Positions 58,901 through 64,000 of a stretch of 64,000 bases of DNA are shown one piece after another; position 1 is the stretch's first letter; the number at the start of each line of letters is the position of its first letter. A model generated the notes under the pieces. That model worked only from the letters and a program-made list of their open reading frames with translations, was not told the origin of the DNA and did not search any database. The translations under genes were made by a program, and so were the position numbers. Source of the DNA: Utricularia gibba. Lineage: Eukaryota > Plantae > Magnoliophyta. The stretch lies in contig CM007990.1 of assembly GCA_002189035.1 (NCBI GenBank), positions 5,332,001-5,396,000 on the forward strand, given 5' to 3'.

Positions 58901-61900
58901 GACATAAAAGTTGGGTCCTCGTGAAAAATGTAAAAAGAAAGTGACACTTGATGATAAGAAACATGTACTTTCTACTGTTTTCCATGTGTTAAGTTCTATT
59001 TTCAATTTTGTTGAAAACTTCTTCTGTGAATCTTTTGGTATTAATAATCATATTGCCCATGTCAAATGATGTTATTAGGCTAGACAACTCGAGAACATTG
59101 AAGGTCATTTCTGGTTCTGAGTCACCAATAGGTGCTGCCAACTTGAGAAGGCACCGAAGAGTAGCTGGTGTTGGTTCGTATTTTCAGCAACAAGACTTAG
59201 CATTGACACATTATCATTGGCAGGTGTGTTTACCTCAATTCTTTGCAACGTATTGAATTTCTTATCTACCAAATCCACTTATTCTTGCATACTGCTAAAC
59301 TTCTATATGTCAGATTATTCAGCTTGTACCTGCCCAACAGCCAGGGCAACTTTCTGCCTGGGTTGTTGTGAACGGAATAATGCATAAGGTTCCCATTATT
59401 GTTGCTCGAAAGTTTTATCTCAACTCTAAAGCCCCAGTAACAGAGGACTTTCCTGGTAGGCATGTGAACAAATCTCTTCCACATGGGCATAAAAGCTACA
59501 ACCTGATTGAGGTAGGAAATTGATAGATTGTGCCATTGAAAGGTAATTTGTCTTATGATTTTTTATTACTCTTGTTCCAAGGTTACAATTGACGAAGACC
59601 AGTTCAGAGATGAAAGCCAGAGATTATTGGCTCATCTTGCTGATCCTGATGTTGAGGTGACGTTTTTCTTGTTTTTTTTTTTTTTAAATCTTGGGATTCA
59701 AGCATTAAAGCTAATTTAATATTGCTTCAGAAATACAAAAATCAGATGTCTGTATCCTATCAAAAGCTCAAGAGGCATTGGAAGTATATTGTTGACTGCT
59801 CCCTACTATAGGTTTTCTATCAAACTAAAATATGAGCGCTAATTTGAAAGAGTTACCGTGGTTTTTATCAATTGTGTCACAGATATTAAGGCAACGTATG
59901 GATTTTTTATATAGCTTGACGAATTCTGATGTAAGAGGATAAATAAGTTGATTGTGTCTATTGTTTTTTTATATTTTGAAAGAGGGAAGTGGTTGTCTAA
60001 TTTGTTGTTTCTCTTGTTTGGGGAGAAAGAATTAGGATTAATTGATATATTACACACATGTATTGTCACCCTTCAACCATCATTTGCTCTAGTTTTCTGA
60101 AGAGTAGAATGGAGTCTTTGTCAAATGATTATGCCATTATTGTATCTAATGAAATTTACAATGCTGCTTGAAATTCAACATCGATAGAATGTCGGAACAG
60201 GTTTTATTTTCTGTTTGCGAAGTCTGATGCTTGATTTTGAACTTGCCAGGGAATATATGAAACTAAGATCCCCCTGGAGTTGAATGCCATCTTGCAAATT
60301 GGTTGTGTCTGTAAAGTTGACCATACTGCAAAAAAGAAAAGTTTCCGGGATGGCTGGAGTTTGAGTGACTTGAATATGAAGACTACAACTGAATGTCCAT
60401 ATTTGGAGAAGTCAATTTGCTTCTTCTACTTGTATCATAGGTACATTTGTCTCTGTCGGTGGTATGCAAGACATTTTTCCGTGACCATGTGGTTCTGACA
60501 TTCTTTGCACCTTTGCCTCTCGGAAAAAATCCCTATGATCAGTTTTTCTTTCAGCATTCTGGTGTTGAATTTTCTAACTGTTGATCTATTTGATGCAGCA
60601 TTTGTTAAATGACCATGGGTTTTAAACATTGCTTATTTTTTACTTTTTCAGCATTTCAGATAGTCGAGCTATTTATATTGGATACTTCCCAGCATCTAGC
60701 CAAATATATGTGGTAGTTGTAAATCCTTTCCAGACTAAGGAATTATCAGTTCCAATGCTAGAAAGGCAATTTCGTGAAGTAAGCCAAGCATCATCTTGTC
60801 CAACTCCAGCTGTAAATGAAGGAATTGCATTCAAGGTAAAAGTTTGGAAGCCCTTTTCTCTTAAAAAAAAATCCCTGGTTCAATCCAATATCTTTCTTTC
60901 CTTCTATTTGGTTCATACGATGGTATCATATTCAGTTATTTTTACTATGACATTGAAAAGATGGATTATGTTAGCGACATCAAGGATGCTGAAAGGATCC
61001 TGCAGATGACACTAGCAGAATACAGGTTTTTTTTCTTATCATTTCTTTATGCAAATGCAGTTTATATAATTTCTTGTGAATCTTTTTCCTCTCTCCGTAG
61101 AATTTTGTCTACATTTATGGAGAACTATTACTTGTGTTAGAGAGAATGAGTGTTCCTAGAATTGAGCAAACAAATTGAAAGTTTGGAGCTATTTGCTCTT
61201 TTTACCAGTAGTATAAATGGTGCTGAATGCAAGGACATTGACATTTTAATGACCAACTTTGTTTTTGTCAAGCTGTGAAATGTGAATTAATGTCCTGCCC
61301 ACCCATGCTCACATTTTCTTTTTGGTTTCCAGGCACAAGCACCAGCGACCTATACTCGCTGTTGTTGAATGCCCAAATTTCCAGCTAATGAAGTCAACGG
61401 TGCCAGCATTGGAAGATTTTCCCTGTGTTACCATTCCTTCTAATCTGCGCGATAGTCAGTATCAGGTTGTGAAAAATCTTTACGTGTATGTCTGTTCAAC
61501 AGTGCCTACATTGCAAGATTCTCCCTATGTTTCTCTTTTTGGTCTGACGTTAGTCTTTCTGTTTGTATAGGCCATAGGATGGCAAGTCATTGCTGCTAAA
61601 ATTGGACTGCAGAGGTGTGCTGCCTCTTCTCAGTGGTTGAATGAAAGAGTTGCTCTATCACGATATGCCCACGTAAGGACCAGAAAATTTTATCAAGTCA
61701 TCCTGTTGTGTTTCAGAATTTCTTTACCTATTTACATGTGCAGGTTCCACTGGGGAATTTTGAAGTTGATTGGCTGATATACACATTGGATGTCTTCCTA
61801 TCTAGGGCATTGCGTGATAATCAACAGGTTTATGTTTTACCATGCAAATGCATGATAATTAGTTTTAGTTTACCGTGCAAATTTTTTTCATGTCCTTGGA

Positions 61901-64000
61901 GATTCTGCTGAGTATAAGTGATTTCTGGAGTGTCGCATCATGGTTTGGAGCCTGTGCCATATATTTGATTTATCTCTTGGGAACTGCTGATGTAGCAGCT
62001 TCTATGGATTTCCGACAATGGTATCCCTGACCTTGGAGGCACCAATGCAGAAGCTACTTGTTTTATAGATGAGGTTGTTGCTTCGGTGTTTCTCTTTTCT
62101 TTTTTCCTGGGCCTGTTATTTTATCGATATCATGTATGCTGAGTTTTTCTTTCCAATTCCAGGTGAATCAGCCTTGTCTCACCAATCCTGGAGCGTATAG
62201 AAAAATAACTGTTGAGCTTAAGGTCCAGTGCTTTTTTCGGGAAATCTGATATAACGACCACCAGTCCAAGGATCACAGGCATTGACATGAATTTTTTATT
62301 CTGAATTTTAGATACACCACCTAGCTGTCAATGCCCTTCTGAAGAGCAATCAAGTGAATGAAATGGAAGGAGGTTCCGTATTTGGTCTAGACCCCAAGTT
62401 GGATCCTGATTTCTACTGTTCCGAAAAAGAATATAGCTTTGATGAGGCTACATCCTGTGCTCCTGCTTTTCGAGTTCTCAAACAGTTAGTCCAGAGATGC
62501 CTTGCTGATGCAGTCACATCCGGAAATGTCTTTGCAGATGCTATTCTACAGCATTTGTACCGCTGGCTATGCAGGTTGCTGAATGCTTTCTGTTCAATAC
62601 ATCACAGTTCGTTTCTTTTTGAACCAAATTTTCATTATCCTTATTGCAGCCCAAAATCTAGACTTCATGACCCTGCTCTCCACTGCATGCTCCACAAGGT
62701 AAAAATTTTCTTCAATGGTAACAAGATCCGTTCTCAATTAAAAGAAAGAAATCTACCAACGCAAATGTTGTGATGCACATTTTTTCCGTGCCCCTTCACA
62801 ATTGTCACACAAATGTAAAATACAGTCTAAACAACCTTTGGAGGCTAAAATGCTACATGGATAGTCCTTTTCAGTACTCCAAGTTTGTCTAGCCATAATT
62901 TTCTTTACATGTTGCTTGGAACATTGATTGACAGATCATGAAAAAGGTTTTCGCATTGCTGTTGGCGGAGATCCGCAAAATGGGTGGTACCATCATATTT
63001 GCAAGCTTCAAAAAAATCATATTTGATACAGGAAAGTTGGACCTATCTGCAGCTAAAGTTTTCTGCGAGAGTGTGCTCAAGACCCTACAAACTAGGTATT
63101 GCATGATTTTCTGGGAACTGCAATGGCTTTCTATATCCTTGGGTTTTTCTCCAACTTTTTTTTTCGTCTTAGGGATTTATTTGAATGGATTGATCTGGAG
63201 CCTATCCAGTTTTGGGATTGCCTACTTTTCATGGATCAGGTAAGTTGCATCATTTTTTGAGTATTGCCTTTGAACAGTCTTAGCAGTCCTATTTGCTATT
63301 TTGGTTGGAATTCTGATAGTTCTCTCTATCAATTTATTCCTAGTACAATTATGGTGGAATTCAAGCTAGAATGGAGGTGGCAGAAGACAGTTCAGAAGTA
63401 AGACCAGAAATCATTTTCAAGAATGATCCTGACATTGTTTCCAGCTGGGCCATCGCAGAAATGTTGCCTAAAGTCACCCAGGTAAATTTTTATAGAACAA
63501 AAAAGATTGGTTCAGCATATGGGCGGGGTTTCTGGTCCTATCTAAAGTTTTATTGAATCGCACATTGTTAGCATAAACGGGACAAAGTCCCTGGAATGAA
63601 ATGTCACCATTGAGCTTTCCAAAACCCAACTATTGTCATTCAAATCTGTTAGCTGAATTCATAGGAGGTATTTTATTTGATTCATCCAGATACAATGTTA
63701 TTTCTGTTCACAGGACCACTTTATTGTAATTGTTTCGGAGTTTCTGTTTTTCCCATGGAAATATGCACAAGATGAAGCTGCAAAACGAGAATCTGCATTG
63801 GGCAATGCATGTACTCCATCAATAACTGCTTCAACTGCTGAAGCTATCGAATCAGTGATTACAGAATTTCTCAGAAAGAAGGTAACTGTATAGATTCATT
63901 TGATTGTTGTTTTTACACTTATAAATTACCACCCTTTATTTAATGCGTACGTTGCAGATTGCCTCTGATTTTACAGAGAAGCTTCTTAAAATTGTCTGTG
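49920..64000 (+). CDS. POL2A: DNA polymerase epsilon catalytic subunit A (POL2A/TIL1/ABO4), at least 47 exons, 3' end outside the window
   Basis: [10 protein letters not shown]...[10 protein letters not shown]; ExoI FDIETTK, Exo[12 protein letters not shown], ExoIII YSVSDA; pol motif A DVAAMYPN, motif C LELDTDG; CysX CTACD...C...GICMREN. Exon chain followed from 49920-50081 to 63959 onward with GT-AG borders. Confidence 0.97.

Noticed and set aside
1-64000. CRISPR arrays, rRNA, tRNA, LTR or DNA transposons
   Set aside because: Eukaryotic gene-dense DNA; no repeat-spacer array, cloverleaf, rRNA, transposase, RT or integrase sequence was recognised by eye.

Overview
Gene-dense plant (eudicot-like) nuclear DNA with short introns and spacers; species not determinable from sequence alone. 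It holds 13 protein-coding genes and one pseudogene, in order: ankyrin + CbxX/CfxQ-type AAA ATPase (-), PLS-class PPR (+), sugar-phosphate translocator pseudogene (+), 2OG-Fe(II) oxygenase (+), GRV2/RME-8 (+), COBRA-like (+), FUL-like MADS box (+), USP-family protein (+), ER-ANT1 (-), OBP4/DOF5.4-like Dof (-), BSD-domain protein (+), RRT1-like GT106 (+), RING-PHD protein (-, frameshifted) and DNA polymerase epsilon catalytic subunit (+, runs off the window). The best non-obvious signal is in the apparently empty 3.0-4.6 kb spacer: a minus-strand box C/D snoRNA with compensatory non-canonical C and D boxes, predicted to guide 2'-O-methylation of U6 snRNA A47, plus a degenerate second copy. Other points: an ~11-aa in-frame deletion in the Pol epsilon P-domain region, three single-base homopolymer deficits that each disturb a reading frame (assembly error or real lesion), and two orphan exon-like islands. 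No CRISPR, rRNA, tRNA or recognisable transposon was found. Family assignments come from recalled homolog sequences; no database search was run.
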